From: Methylococcaceae bacterium
Lineage (GTDB): Bacteria > Pseudomonadota > Gammaproteobacteria > Methylococcales > Methylococcaceae
Direction: 5' to 3'
Assembly (NCBI GenBank): GCA_044378425.1
Contig: JBILXN010000001.1
Location: 1 to 40,829, forward strand
DNA: 40,829 bases
Made by a program: the position numbers and the translations under genes. This document shows positions 1-9,896 of the stretch, in pieces; the first letter of the stretch is position 1; each line of letters begins with the position of its first letter. The notes below the pieces were generated by a model, which worked only from the letters and a program-made list of their open reading frames with translations, was not told the origin of the DNA and did not search any database.

Positions 1-1
1 C

Positions 2-316
2 GATGAGGTGCGGGAGATGGATCCGGGACTCATCGACGTGTTCTTTGCCCTTTCAGCTTTGACCGGCACGACCGGCACATTCAAAGTCCTGTCCGGCTAT
101 CGTTCCCCCGAAACCAACAGTTGGCTACGGCGCTTTAGTCACGGCGTTGCAGAGCACAGCATGCACATTGAGGGCAAGGCGGTAGACATTCGCATGGATG
201 AACTCAGCACCCACGAAATCCACCAGGCCGGTCTGGCTCTGGCTATGGGCGGTGTCGGCTATTACCCCCGATCTGACTTCGTTCATCTCGACACGGGCAG
301 CATCCGCTCCTGGTAA
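2..316 (+). CDS. mepK: DUF882 / peptidase M15 family protein (YcbK/MepK-like murein endopeptidase); N-terminus lies left of the window
   Basis: The frame is open to the left edge. The translation carries HSMHIEGKAVDIRM and YYPRSDFVHLDTG, the zinc-ligand pattern of YcbK-type DUF882 proteins. It neighbours a YcbB-type L,D-transpeptidase, as in E. coli. Confidence 0.8.
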   Translation, partial: DEVREMDPGLIDVFFALSALTGTTGTFKVLSGYRSPETNSWLRRFSHGVAEHSMHIEGKAVDIRMDELSTHEIHQAGLALAMGGVGYYPRSDFVHLDTGSIRSW

Positions 317-399
317 ACCCAAGCCCCCGAGCGGCGGCAACCTGGCCCGGGATACCACTGCACAGCGACTGTCACGCAAAGAAATACAGCAGATAAAGT

Positions 400-606
400 A
401 TGAACATTGATGACGACGGCAACATGGAACTCAGCGCCGAAGAAAATCAGAGTCTGATGGATCAACTCGAAATAGCGGTGAGCGACTATGATGACCCGCC
501 GGTTGAAATCGAATGCCTGGGCATGGATGAAAACGCCGCCACTTTCAGGGCTATCAACACTCGCACCGGCAAAGAGGTCGAGCTGGTTTTCGACCTGATG
601 ACCTGA
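400..606 (+). CDS. Hypothetical small acidic protein (68 aa)
   Basis: ATG ORF in the gap between two convergent genes. It has 18 D/E against 3 K/R. No family recognised and no clear Shine-Dalgarno. Confidence 0.35.
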   Translation: MNIDDDGNMELSAEENQSLMDQLEIAVSDYDDPPVEIECLGMDENAATFRAINTRTGKEVELVFDLMT

Positions 607-641
607 GTCAATCAAGAGGCACCGTTGACCTGCTGCGGCGG

Positions 642-2348
642 TTACGGGTAGGGAAACCCTCGGGCCAGTAAAACCTGGAGGGTTCTGTCGTGACCGTAGA
701 TGTCCTCGTAAAAGCTCACCCGACCATCCGGATCCGCCATTACGGTTGAGTAGAAAATATACACGGGTATCGGCTTCTTCAGGCCTACCCTGAGCGACGA
801 CTCACCCTTTTCCATCGCCTCGACCACCCGCTCTCGCGGCCAGTCGCCATTGTCGGTCAGGACCCACTCCGCCAGCGCTACCGGGTCCTGTACCCGAATG
901 CAGCCATGACTAAAATCACGCCGCGCCCTGTTGAACAGATTGATGCTGGGCGTACTGTGGAGGTAGACATTATTGTTGTTCGGGAAGGAGAACTTGACCA
1001 ATCCCAGCGCATTTTTGAGGCCCGGCTTCTGCCGTAATTTGAGCGTCCCATTGCTCAGTTTGGCAATCGCCGCCGGATCAGCAGCCAATGGCACTGCCGT
1101 TGACGCAAAGCTGGCAACGATCTCCATATTATTTTTCTGCAGATAGGCGGGATCCTTGAGAATTTCCGGTACCAGTTCCTTGATGGCGATGGCATCCGGC
1201 ACGTTCCAGTAGGGTCGAAAATTGACCGTCGTCATATCGGCATGAAAGACCGGGGTACTGCGCCCATCTATGGCCTCTCCCACAACCACGTTCATCTGGA
1301 TGTCGAACTGACCCAACCCATCTCCGATCCGTGAGCCATAGAGCTTGAATGATGGGATATTGACGATCAGATACAAGCCACGCACATCAGCAGGCAGCCA
1401 GCGCAGCCGCTCAAGACCCAACTGAATCTGCTTCAGTCGCTCCGCAATGGGGGTGGACAATCGCGATAGCGTACCCTTGCCGATCACGCCATCGTCAGCA
1501 AGGCCATGGCGTAACTGAAACGCCTTTACCGCTCGCGCCAGAGCCTGATCATAAATTTCGGAATGTTCCGACCCCGGCGTTACTTCCGATAGGTCACCGA
1601 GCGCGACCAACATTTTTCTGAGCGCAGGCACATCCCTATGACTCATGCCGGGCGAGAATTTGGCTGGAAATCCAAACCGCAGGAACGGCACCTCCCTGGC
1701 CAGGGCGCGGTAGCGAATCAGCGCATCTTTGAGCGGCCCGTAAATGGGAAAATGCGGTTCCATTTCCGCCACCAGAGCCTCAGGCTGGAGACTCAGTGCA
1801 ATTTCCCTCACCCGCTTCGGCAGATCAAGCCTTTTGAGCTCAATATTAAGGCCAAAGCCGACACTGCGTGGATTGATGCGGCCGAGATAAAGATTTGACA
1901 CATAGCGCATCACGGCGACGCTCAAGGCAACATCAAAGGCAGCCACCTCAACCGAATTAACGCCATGCTGGCCCAACGTGGACGACCAGTGCTTCAGCAG
2001 GTCAACATCGTAATCGGCCGCATGAAGCCCCCTGTCCTCGGCCCCGGCGAGACTCTCGATCATCGCCACGGCCTGCGGGGTCGGTCTCCCCTCCTTCAAC
2101 CAGACTGGCGCGCCTGCCTGCTGTGCGTAAAGCTGGACCAGCGCTCCCCGGACGTCGGAAAAATCGCCCCACCGCAGGCGCGGATGCCGGGCGCTCTTAA
2201 TTAAAGCCTGAATATCGCCCGTCACACCCTGACCCGGCACCGTTGCAGACACTGCCGACGCACAGATCACCGACAATAGCCATATCCCTAACAGTTTGGC
2301 AGCAAACCCACCCGCACGAACCCGAACAGCATTCATCAAACGTGACAT
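642..2348 (-). CDS. ldtD: L,D-transpeptidase, YcbB/LdtD family (peptidoglycan-binding domain plus YkuD catalytic domain)
   Basis: N-terminal signal/anchor. PG-binding-like segment AVKAFQLRHGLADDGVIGKGT. Catalytic YkuD motif YLHSTPSINLFNRARRDFSHGCIRV. Confidence 0.9.
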   Translation of the reverse strand: MSRLMNAVRVRAGGFAAKLLGIWLLSVICASAVSATVPGQGVTGDIQALIKSARHPRLRWGDFSDVRGALVQLYAQQAGAPVWLKEGRPTPQAVAMIESLAGAEDRGLHAADYDVDLLKHWSSTLGQHGVNSVEVAAFDVALSVAVMRYVSNLYLGRINPRSVGFGLNIELKRLDLPKRVREIALSLQPEALVAEMEPHFPIYGPLKDALIRYRALAREVPFLRFGFPAKFSPGMSHRDVPALRKMLVALGDLSEVTPGSEHSEIYDQALARAVKAFQLRHGLADDGVIGKGTLSRLSTPIAERLKQIQLGLERLRWLPADVRGLYLIVNIPSFKLYGSRIGDGLGQFDIQMNVVVGEAIDGRSTPVFHADMTTVNFRPYWNVPDAIAIKELVPEILKDPAYLQKNNMEIVASFASTAVPLAADPAAIAKLSNGTLKLRQKPGLKNALGLVKFSFPNNNNVYLHSTPSINLFNRARRDFSHGCIRVQDPVALAEWVLTDNGDWPRERVVEAMEKGESSLRVGLKKPIPVYIFYSTVMADPDGRVSFYEDIYGHDRTLQVLLARGFPYP

Positions 2349-2480
2349 CCGACAAAAAGGAATATCGGAAAAGTATACCGTTGATCAGCCAATCGACACT
2401 TCAGACCCTGCAATAGCTGACAACTTTACTTGGGATTTAATCAGGACTAAAATGGTCCTCAATAAATCAAGGCCGCTATC

Positions 2481-2954
2481 ATGCTCCGCATCAGCAAGCT
2501 CACCGACTACGGCATCATCGTACTAGGCTACATGGCAAGGTCTCCCGGCGAGACCTACACCGCCACCGATCTTGCCGATCAGGCCCAATTAGCGGGGCCG
2601 ACCGTCAGCAAGGTGCTCAAGGCACTGACCCGGGCGGATGTACTGACCTCCACGCGGGGCTCGCGGGGCGGGTATCAGCTGACGCTGCCGCCCGAAAAAA
2701 CCACCGTCGCCAGCATCATCAATGCGCTGGAAGGGCCTATAGCCCTGACCGAATGTGGGCTTGACCCTGTCCATTGCGAACAATCCTCGTCCTGCCATGT
2801 GCGGGGCAACTGGTCCGTACTGAACCGGGCCATACAGACGGCGCTGGAATCCGTCACCCTCTCCGACATGGCCCATCCCATGACGCATGCCCCGGAGGGA
2901 TTCATGATTCCGCTCAGCAGTATCACCGTTCAGCCAAGACGATTAACGGAGTAA
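2481..2954 (+). CDS. Rrf2-family transcriptional regulator, SUF-system type
   Basis: Rrf2 wHTH start [12 protein letters not shown]. Cys cluster C-x6-C-x5-C ([16 protein letters not shown]). Lies 4 nt upstream of sufB. Confidence 0.85.
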   Translation: MLRISKLTDYGIIVLGYMARSPGETYTATDLADQAQLAGPTVSKVLKALTRADVLTSTRGSRGGYQLTLPPEKTTVASIINALEGPIALTECGLDPVHCEQSSSCHVRGNWSVLNRAIQTALESVTLSDMAHPMTHAPEGFMIPLSSITVQPRRLTE

Positions 2955-2958
2955 AACC

Positions 2959-4404
2959 ATGGCCGCGACCGCAGAAACACTGGAAAAAATCATTCAAAAA
3001 GAATATGCACCCGGCTTTGTGACGGACCTTGAGTCCGAAACGCTGCCGCCGGGCCTGAACGAAGATGTCGTTCGGGCCATATCCGCCAAGAAAAACGAGC
3101 CCGCATTTATGCTGGAATGGCGGCTTGAAGCCTACCGTCACTGGCTCACCATGACCGAACCAACCTGGGCCTACGTCGATTATGAACCGGTCGATTACCA
3201 GGCCATCAGTTACTACTCGGCCCCGAAGGTCAAGGAAGCACCCAAGAGCCTGGATGAGGTCGATCCCAAACTGATCGAAACCTACAAGAAACTCGGCATA
3301 CCCCTGTATGAGCAGGAGCGGCTTGCGGGTGTCGCTGTTGATGCCGTATTCGACAGTGTGTCCGTGGCCACCACATTCAAAGACAAACTCGCGGCAGCAG
3401 GTGTGATTTTCTGCTCAATGTCGGAGGCCATCCAGGAACATCCGGAGTTGGTCAGGCACTATCTCGGCACCGTGGTGCCGCCGTCTGACAATTTCTTTGC
3501 CGCACTCAATTCTGCGGTCTTTTCTGACGGCTCCTTCGTCTATATCCCGAAGGGGGTGCGCTGCCCGATGGAGTTGTCCACCTACTTCCGCATCAACGCC
3601 GCCAAGACTGGTCAATTCGAACGCACACTGATCATTGCCGAGGACAGCAGCCATGTGAGCTATCTGGAAGGCTGCACCGCGCCGATGCGTGATGAAAACC
3701 AGCTCCATGCCGCCGTCGTTGAACTGGTTGCGCTCGATAATGCACAGATCAAGTACTCAACCGTACAAAACTGGTATCCGGGCGATGAGGAAGGCAGGGG
3801 CGGCATCTACAATTTTGTCACCAAACGCGGCGACTGCCGGGGCCGCCACTCAAAAATCTCATGGACACAGGTCGAGACCGGCTCAGCCATTACCTGGAAA
3901 TACCCCAGCTGCATTCTGCGGGGCGATGATTCGGTCGGCGAGTTCTATTCGGTCGCCGTCACCAACCATTATCAGCAGGCCGACACCGGGACCAAGATGA
4001 TCCATATCGGCAGGAATACCAGCAGCACCATCATCTCCAAAGGCATCTCGGCCGGGCGGGCACAGAATAGCTATCGCGGCCAGGTCAAAATCCTTAAAAG
4101 CGCCGAGAATGCGCGCAACTACACCCAATGCGATTCACTGCTGATCGGGGATCGCTGCGGCGCGCACACCTTCCCATACATTGAGGTCAAACAGCCTTCG
4201 GCACGACTGGAGCACGAGGCGACCACATCCAAAATCAGCGAGGACCAGCTGTTTTTCTGTCAGCAGCGCGGACTGTCGGCTGAGGATGCTGTTTCAATGA
4301 TCGTCAACGGCTTCTGCAAGCAGGTATTCAAGGAACTGCCGATGGAATTTGCCGTAGAAGCCCAGGCCCTGCTCGGGATCAGCCTTGAAGGCAGCGTCGG
4401 CTAA
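2959..4404 (+). CDS. sufB: Fe-S cluster assembly scaffold SufB
   Basis: 481 aa with typical SufB length and sequence (for example [21 protein letters not shown] and the C-terminal EGSVG). First gene of the sufBCDS order. Confidence 0.95.
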   Translation: MAATAETLEKIIQKEYAPGFVTDLESETLPPGLNEDVVRAISAKKNEPAFMLEWRLEAYRHWLTMTEPTWAYVDYEPVDYQAISYYSAPKVKEAPKSLDEVDPKLIETYKKLGIPLYEQERLAGVAVDAVFDSVSVATTFKDKLAAAGVIFCSMSEAIQEHPELVRHYLGTVVPPSDNFFAALNSAVFSDGSFVYIPKGVRCPMELSTYFRINAAKTGQFERTLIIAEDSSHVSYLEGCTAPMRDENQLHAAVVELVALDNAQIKYSTVQNWYPGDEEGRGGIYNFVTKRGDCRGRHSKISWTQVETGSAITWKYPSCILRGDDSVGEFYSVAVTNHYQQADTGTKMIHIGRNTSSTIISKGISAGRAQNSYRGQVKILKSAENARNYTQCDSLLIGDRCGAHTFPYIEVKQPSARLEHEATTSKISEDQLFFCQQRGLSAEDAVSMIVNGFCKQVFKELPMEFAVEAQALLGISLEGSVG

Positions 4405-4437
4405 TCCCACAACACCAGATATCCCATACGCAACACC

Positions 4438-5190
4438 ATGTTAAGCATCAAGAATCTCCAAACCCGTATCGAAGATAAAGCCATCCTCAAAGGCATCAGC
4501 CTGGACGTGAAGCCAGGTGAAGTCCATGCCATCATGGGGCCGAACGGCTCTGGCAAGAGCACCCTGTCGCATGTGCTGGCGGGTCGGGCCGGTTACGAAG
4601 TGACTGGCGGCAGCGTGAGCTACAAAGGCAAGGACCTGCTGGACATGAGACCGGAGGAGCGTGCTCGCGAAGGCGTTTTCCTGGCCTTCCAATATCCGGT
4701 GGAAGTCCCCGGCGTCAGCAACATCTACCTGCTCAAGGCGGCGCTTAACGCCATCCGCAAGCACCGCGGAGAAAATGAAGTTGATGCGATGGACTTTCTG
4801 CAACTCGCCAAGGCCAAAATCAAGTCGCTGAGCCTGGATGAACAATTTCTCTATCGCGGCGTTAATGAAGGCTTTTCAGGCGGCGAGAAGAAGCGCAACG
4901 AAATCCTGCAGATGGCCATACTCGAACCCAGCCTATGTATCCTCGACGAAACTGACTCAGGTCTCGACATTGATGCCCTCAAAATCGTGGCAGAGGGCGT
5001 GAACTCACTGCGTTCACCGGACCGATCATTCATCATGGTGACGCACTACCAGAGACTACTGGACTACATCAAGCCTGACGTCGTGCATGTGCTGGCTGAT
5101 GGCCGCATCGTCAAGTCAGGTGGTCCGGAACTGGCGCTGGAACTGGAACAAAAGGGATATAGCTGGATCGACCCGACTGTCAGCACCTGA
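4438..5190 (+). CDS. sufC: Fe-S cluster assembly ATPase SufC
   Basis: Walker A GPNGSGKST, ABC signature FSGGEKKR, Walker B CILDETDSGLD. Confidence 0.95.
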   Translation: MLSIKNLQTRIEDKAILKGISLDVKPGEVHAIMGPNGSGKSTLSHVLAGRAGYEVTGGSVSYKGKDLLDMRPEERAREGVFLAFQYPVEVPGVSNIYLLKAALNAIRKHRGENEVDAMDFLQLAKAKIKSLSLDEQFLYRGVNEGFSGGEKKRNEILQMAILEPSLCILDETDSGLDIDALKIVAEGVNSLRSPDRSFIMVTHYQRLLDYIKPDVVHVLADGRIVKSGGPELALELEQKGYSWIDPTVST

Positions 5191-5203
5191 GGGAAACCGA
5201 ATC

Positions 5204-6511
5204 ATGCATTACGCCGAACATTACCACGACCACGCCGTCAGTTTACCGGGACAGGCACTGCCCTGGCTCAAGACCCTGCGGAAATCAGCTGAAATCCAGT
5301 TCGCCACCCAGGGCTTCCCCTCCATGCGTGAGGAGGAATGGCGTTACACCAATCTCGCGGCATTGGCAAAGACGCTCTATACACCCAGCCCAGCATCTGG
5401 CAGCACCCGGGACATAGCGGCCTTAGTCGAACGTTACCGGCTGGCGGATAGCCTTGTGATGGTATTCATCGACGGTCGTTTTTGCGCGGAGCATTCTCAG
5501 CTCTCCGAACTGCCCGCCGGTGTTGAACTGCTCTCTTTGGCTGTTGCGCTGACCGCCTGCCCGACCAAGATCGAGCCGCTCCTTCACCAGACTGCCTCCA
5601 GCGAGGAGCATGGTCTGATCGCTTTCACCACCGCCTATTTCAGCGATGGATTATTTCTCCATGTACCGGAAGCCATCATCGTCGAACGGCCGATCCAGCT
5701 GCTGTCTATCGGCAGCCGCAGCGAGGGACTTGCGGCTCTACGCAACATCATCGCCCTGGATCGGCACGCCCAGGCCAGCGTGGTCGAAACATGGACCGGC
5801 GCAGACAGCGCAAACTACCTGACCACCTCCATCACTGAAATCAAACTGGCGGAAAATGCCCGGCTTGATCACTACAAACTCCAGCTGGAAAGTAGCAAGA
5901 GCCAGCACTTTGGTGGGATCTATGCCCACCAGGCCAGCCACTCCCGCCTTCACCAACAGCATGCCGCCTTCGGCGGGCTGATGGCCCGCACCGAAATCCA
6001 CAGCACACTCGGGACGTCGGCAGAATGTGATCTGGATGGTCTGTTTCTGGCAAGTGGCCGGCGTCACCTTGATACCCACACGAGGGTTCGGCATGCTGAA
6101 GCGCACGCCAGTAGCCGCGAAAATTATCGCGGCATCGCCTCGGATCGTGGCCGAGGCGTGTTCTCCGGCCGCATCATAGTCGACAAGGCCGCCCAGAAAA
6201 CGGACGCGGCGATGAGTTGCCGCAATCTATTACTCTCGGCCGATGCGGAAATTGACAGCAAGCCACAACTCGAAATCCACGCGGATGACGTCAAGTGCGC
6301 CCATGGCGTCACCGTCGGGCAACTGGACGCTGGCGCGGTGTTTTATCTGGAATCGCGCGGCATCGACGAAGCATCGGCCCGCAACATGCTGACCTTTGCC
6401 TTTGCGAATGAGATGGTCGGGAATATCCGGATTCCGGGCCTGAAAACGCAGGTTCAGGAAGCGCTACTGGCACATCTGCCGCAAGCCGATATCAGGGGTG
6501 AGTGGTTATGA
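5204..6511 (+). CDS. sufD: Fe-S cluster assembly protein SufD
   Basis: The tracked ORF starts at 5087 inside sufC. The ATG at 5204 follows GAGGGA and lies just past the sufC stop. The C-terminal SufB/SufD beta-helix region is recognisable (HADDVKCAHGVTVGQLD). Confidence 0.85.
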   Translation: MHYAEHYHDHAVSLPGQALPWLKTLRKSAEIQFATQGFPSMREEEWRYTNLAALAKTLYTPSPASGSTRDIAALVERYRLADSLVMVFIDGRFCAEHSQLSELPAGVELLSLAVALTACPTKIEPLLHQTASSEEHGLIAFTTAYFSDGLFLHVPEAIIVERPIQLLSIGSRSEGLAALRNIIALDRHAQASVVETWTGADSANYLTTSITEIKLAENARLDHYKLQLESSKSQHFGGIYAHQASHSRLHQQHAAFGGLMARTEIHSTLGTSAECDLDGLFLASGRRHLDTHTRVRHAEAHASSRENYRGIASDRGRGVFSGRIIVDKAAQKTDAAMSCRNLLLSADAEIDSKPQLEIHADDVKCAHGVTVGQLDAGAVFYLESRGIDEASARNMLTFAFANEMVGNIRIPGLKTQVQEALLAHLPQADIRGEWL

Positions 6512-7743
6512 ACAGACCCGCTCCGACCTATGATCTGGCCGCCATCCGCAACGATTTCCCTATCCTGCAGCAGCGCATCAACAACCGGCCGCTGGTATAC
6601 CTCGATAACGCCGCATCCACCCAAAAGCCGCGGGCGGTCATCGACAGCATTCGCAAAGTCTATGAAGAGGATTACTCAAACGTCCATCGCGGGGTGCATA
6701 CGCTGAGCCAGCGCTGCACCGATCTTTTCGAAGGCGCACGCGAGAAAATCCAGCGTTTCCTGAACGCCGAGCATGCCCACGAGATCATTTTCGTGCGCGG
6801 TACCACCGAAGCCATCAATCTGGTGGCACAGAGCTTTGGCCGCAGCCAGTTGGGGCCTGGCGACGAAATACTGATCACCGCGATGGAGCACCACGCCAAC
6901 ATCGTGCCCTGGCAAATGCTGTGCGAGCAAACCGGCGCCGTACTGAAAGTAGCCCCGATCTCGCTGAGCGGCGAGTTGTTGATGGATGACTTCGAAGCAT
7001 TATTGTCCGAGCGCACACGACTGGTCTCTGTGACCCACATGTCCAACGCCTTGGGCACCATCAACCCGATTGAGCAGATCATCGCTCTGGCCCATACCAG
7101 GGGCGTCCCCGTACTGCTGGATGGAGCCCAGTCCGCCCCCCACATGGCCGTGGATGTCCAGGCACTGGATTGCGATTTTTATGCCCTGTCCGGCCACAAG
7201 CTTTACGGCCCCTCAGGTATCGGGGTGCTCTACGGCAAGCAAAGCCTCCTGAAAGCCATGCCGCCCTATCAGGGAGGCGGCGACATGATCCGCCGCGTTA
7301 CCTTTGAAAAGACCGAGTACAACGAACTGCCTTACAAGTTCGAAGCCGGAACGCCCAACATTGCTGACGCCATTGCGCTCGGTACTGCACTGGATTATGT
7401 CAATGCCATCGGCCTTCCAGCCATCGCTGCCCACGAACACAATCTGCTGAGTTACGCCACAGAGCAGGCACTGACCATCCCTGAACTCAGAATCATCGGG
7501 ACCGCGCCCCATAAGGGTGCCATTCTGTCCTTCACGCTTGACCGCATCCATCCTCATGACATTGGCACCCTGCTGGATCACCTCGGCATTGCCATCCGGG
7601 CCGGCCATCATTGCGCGATGCCGGTGATGGATTTCTTCGAGGTTCCGGCCACCGCCCGGGCGTCTTTCGGGTTGTACAATACCCACGATGAAGTCGACAT
7701 GCTAATGGATGGCATTCGTCAGGTTATTACCCTGTTCGGCTAA
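6508..7743 (+). CDS. sufS: Cysteine desulfurase SufS (class V aminotransferase)
   Basis: The ATG at 6508 overlaps the sufD stop as ATGA. PLP-lysine context SGHKLYGP. Catalytic Cys context RAGHHCA. An in-frame GTG at 6502 is an alternative start. Confidence 0.9.
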   Translation: MNRPAPTYDLAAIRNDFPILQQRINNRPLVYLDNAASTQKPRAVIDSIRKVYEEDYSNVHRGVHTLSQRCTDLFEGAREKIQRFLNAEHAHEIIFVRGTTEAINLVAQSFGRSQLGPGDEILITAMEHHANIVPWQMLCEQTGAVLKVAPISLSGELLMDDFEALLSERTRLVSVTHMSNALGTINPIEQIIALAHTRGVPVLLDGAQSAPHMAVDVQALDCDFYALSGHKLYGPSGIGVLYGKQSLLKAMPPYQGGGDMIRRVTFEKTEYNELPYKFEAGTPNIADAIALGTALDYVNAIGLPAIAAHEHNLLSYATEQALTIPELRIIGTAPHKGAILSFTLDRIHPHDIGTLLDHLGIAIRAGHHCAMPVMDFFEVPATARASFGLYNTHDEVDMLMDGIRQVITLFG

Positions 7744-7827
7744 ACTTTGAGCGCACCCAAGAAAACCTGGCCCTAAGGCCATATCCTAACCATTACGTCA
7801 CCCGCTCTGGCGACGAGAGTACCTACC

Positions 7828-8283
7828 ATGCTGGATCAGATCAGAGACCTTTATCAGGAAGTGGTTTTCGACCATAACCGTAATCCCCGCAACTTCCGGG
7901 TGATGGAAGACGCCAATCGCACGATTGAAGGCTTCAACCCCCTGTGTGGCGATCGCATCACGCTCTACGCCAAGGTCAATGATGGCGTGATTGAGGATGT
8001 CAGTTTTCAGGGATCGGGCTGCGCGATATCGACCGCCTCGGCATCGCTCATGACAGAAATTGTCAAGGGCCAGACTGAGGCGTCTGCAGAAGAACTGTTC
8101 GAGTTATTCCATCGCATCACCACCGGTAAGAGTGGCGACGACTTCAACATGGATGAAATTGGCAAACTGGCGGTGCTAGCGGGTGTTCGCGCCTACCCTG
8201 CCCGCGTCAAATGTGCCACCCTTGCATGGCATTCGTTGCAGGCGGCCCTCAAGAATGAGGGCGAGACCATCAGCACCGAGTAA
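7828..8283 (+). CDS. sufU: SUF-system NifU/IscU-like Fe-S assembly protein (SufU type)
   Basis: 151 aa with NPLCGD, GSGCAIS and KCATLAW cysteine motifs. Directly follows sufS. Confidence 0.8.
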   Translation: MLDQIRDLYQEVVFDHNRNPRNFRVMEDANRTIEGFNPLCGDRITLYAKVNDGVIEDVSFQGSGCAISTASASLMTEIVKGQTEASAEELFELFHRITTGKSGDDFNMDEIGKLAVLAGVRAYPARVKCATLAWHSLQAALKNEGETISTE

Positions 8284-8307
8284 CACTGAGTCTGGAGAGT
8301 GTCCTAT

Positions 8308-8622
8308 ATGAACAACTGGATAGACGCGGGCCGCGACGGCAGTCTGGCTGACGGCGAATACATCACCCTGGAGATTGATGACCAGCCGGTAGCGCTATTC
8401 CGGGTCGAAGGCGACTACTACGCCATCCGCGATACCTGTACCCATGATGGCGCCGAGATTGCCAGCGGTCGACTGGAGGGCTGTAACATCGTCTGCCCCC
8501 GCCACGGGGCAAAATTCTGCCTCAAGACCGGAGCAGTGCTGTCGCCGCCCGCATATGAAAACGTCGAGACCTACGACGTACGCACGTTTGAAGGGCGCCT
8601 ACAGATCCGTGAAAAGCCCTGA
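8308..8622 (+). CDS. Rieske [2Fe-2S] ferredoxin-like protein
   Basis: CTHDG ... CPRHG Rieske ligand boxes. GGAGAG lies 8 nt before the ATG at 8308. The tracked ORF begins at an upstream GTG at 8299. Confidence 0.8.
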   Translation: MNNWIDAGRDGSLADGEYITLEIDDQPVALFRVEGDYYAIRDTCTHDGAEIASGRLEGCNIVCPRHGAKFCLKTGAVLSPPAYENVETYDVRTFEGRLQIREKP

Positions 8623-8794
8623 CATGGCCTGAAAACTTTTCCCTGTGTTGGCCCCGTACCCCCAAGCCTATTGCTTGCTACCGGCAGGACACTCGGCGAC
8701 AGTACCGACTCCCGACGCTGATGACCGGCTCAGGGCAAAATCCACTCTATCTGTAGTACCATTTCCCGTTTAACGTTACGTCGGCTTATCCACC

Positions 8795-9893
8795 ATGCGC
8801 GAACTTAATCCCCTCTACGCTCAAATCAAAGACCTCAGGAGCCGCGAAGAGGCTCTTAGGGGGTATCTTTGACTTCGAGGAAAAACAGGAACGTCTAACC
8901 GAAGTTCTGCGGGAGCTCGAAGACCCCAAAATCTGGGATAAACCGGAATTGGCCCAGGCACTTGGCAAGGAACGTACCCAACTGGAAGGCGTCGTTCATA
9001 ACCTGACCCGTATCAAGCAGGGCGTCGAGGACACCGAGGAATTGCTCACACTCTCGGTGGAAGAAGACGATGAGGATAGCGTAGAGTCGATTGCGAGCGA
9101 TCTTGCCGCCTATGAATCAGACATTGCCGGCCTGGAATTTCGCCGCATGTTTGCCGGCGAAATGGATCCGAACAATGCTTTCCTTGATATACAATCCGGC
9201 TCCGGCGGCACCGAGGCTCAGGACTGGGCGGCCATGCTGGAACGCATGTACCTGCGTTGGGGCGAGCGACGCGGCTTCAAAACCGAACTGGTCGAAGAAT
9301 CGGCCGGCGATGTCGCCGGTATCAAAAGTGCCACCATCCGTTTCGAAGGTGAATATGCCTATGGTTGGCTGCGAACCGAAACAGGTGTTCACCGCCTTGT
9401 GAGAAAGTCCCCCTTCGACTCAGGCAACCGTCGCCATACCTCATTTTCCTCGGTTTTCGTGTCACCCGAAGTGGATGACAACATTGACATCGATATCAAC
9501 CCCGCAGACCTCCGCACTGATGTCTATCGAGCCAGTGGCGCTGGCGGGCAGCATGTTAACCGGACCGAATCTGCCGTACGTATCACGCACCTCCCCTCAG
9601 GCATTGTCGTTCAGTGTCAGAGTCAGCGTTCACAACATGCCAACCGCGACACCTGCATGAAGCAGCTTCGCGCAAAGCTTTATGAAATGGAAATGCAAAA
9701 ACGCAACGCCGAAAAGCAAAAGCTTGAGGACTCCAAATCTGACATTGGCTGGGGCAGCCAGATCCGTTCCTATGTCCTAGATCAGTCCCGGATCAAGGAT
9801 TTACGCACCAATGTCGAAACCAGCAACCCGCAACCGGTGCTGGATGGCGACATTGATATGTTCATAGAAGCCAGTTTGAAGAGCGGTTTATAA
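8795..9893 (+). CDS. prfB: Peptide chain release factor 2, decoded with a +1 programmed frameshift at 8870
   Basis: A short frame-0 ORF (ATG 8795, [25 protein letters not shown]) stops at TGA 8870-8872. The +1 frame continues from GAC 8871 into the 314-aa tracked ORF, which contains SPF and GGQ ([16 protein letters not shown]). Confidence 0.95.
8858..8873 (+). promoter_or_regulatory. RF2 autoregulatory frameshift site AGG GGG TAT CTT TGA C
   Basis: An internal Shine-Dalgarno-like AGGGGG lies 3 nt before the slippery CTT followed by the TGA C stop context. This string matches the classical E. coli prfB site as I recall it. Confidence 0.9.
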
Positions 9894-9896
9894 ACG

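Noticed and set aside
5087-5203. N-terminal extension of the tracked sufD ORF (start 5087)
   Set aside because: It overlaps the 3' end of sufC in another frame. The ATG at 5204 has a GAGGGA ribosome-binding site and gives a normal SufD N-terminus.
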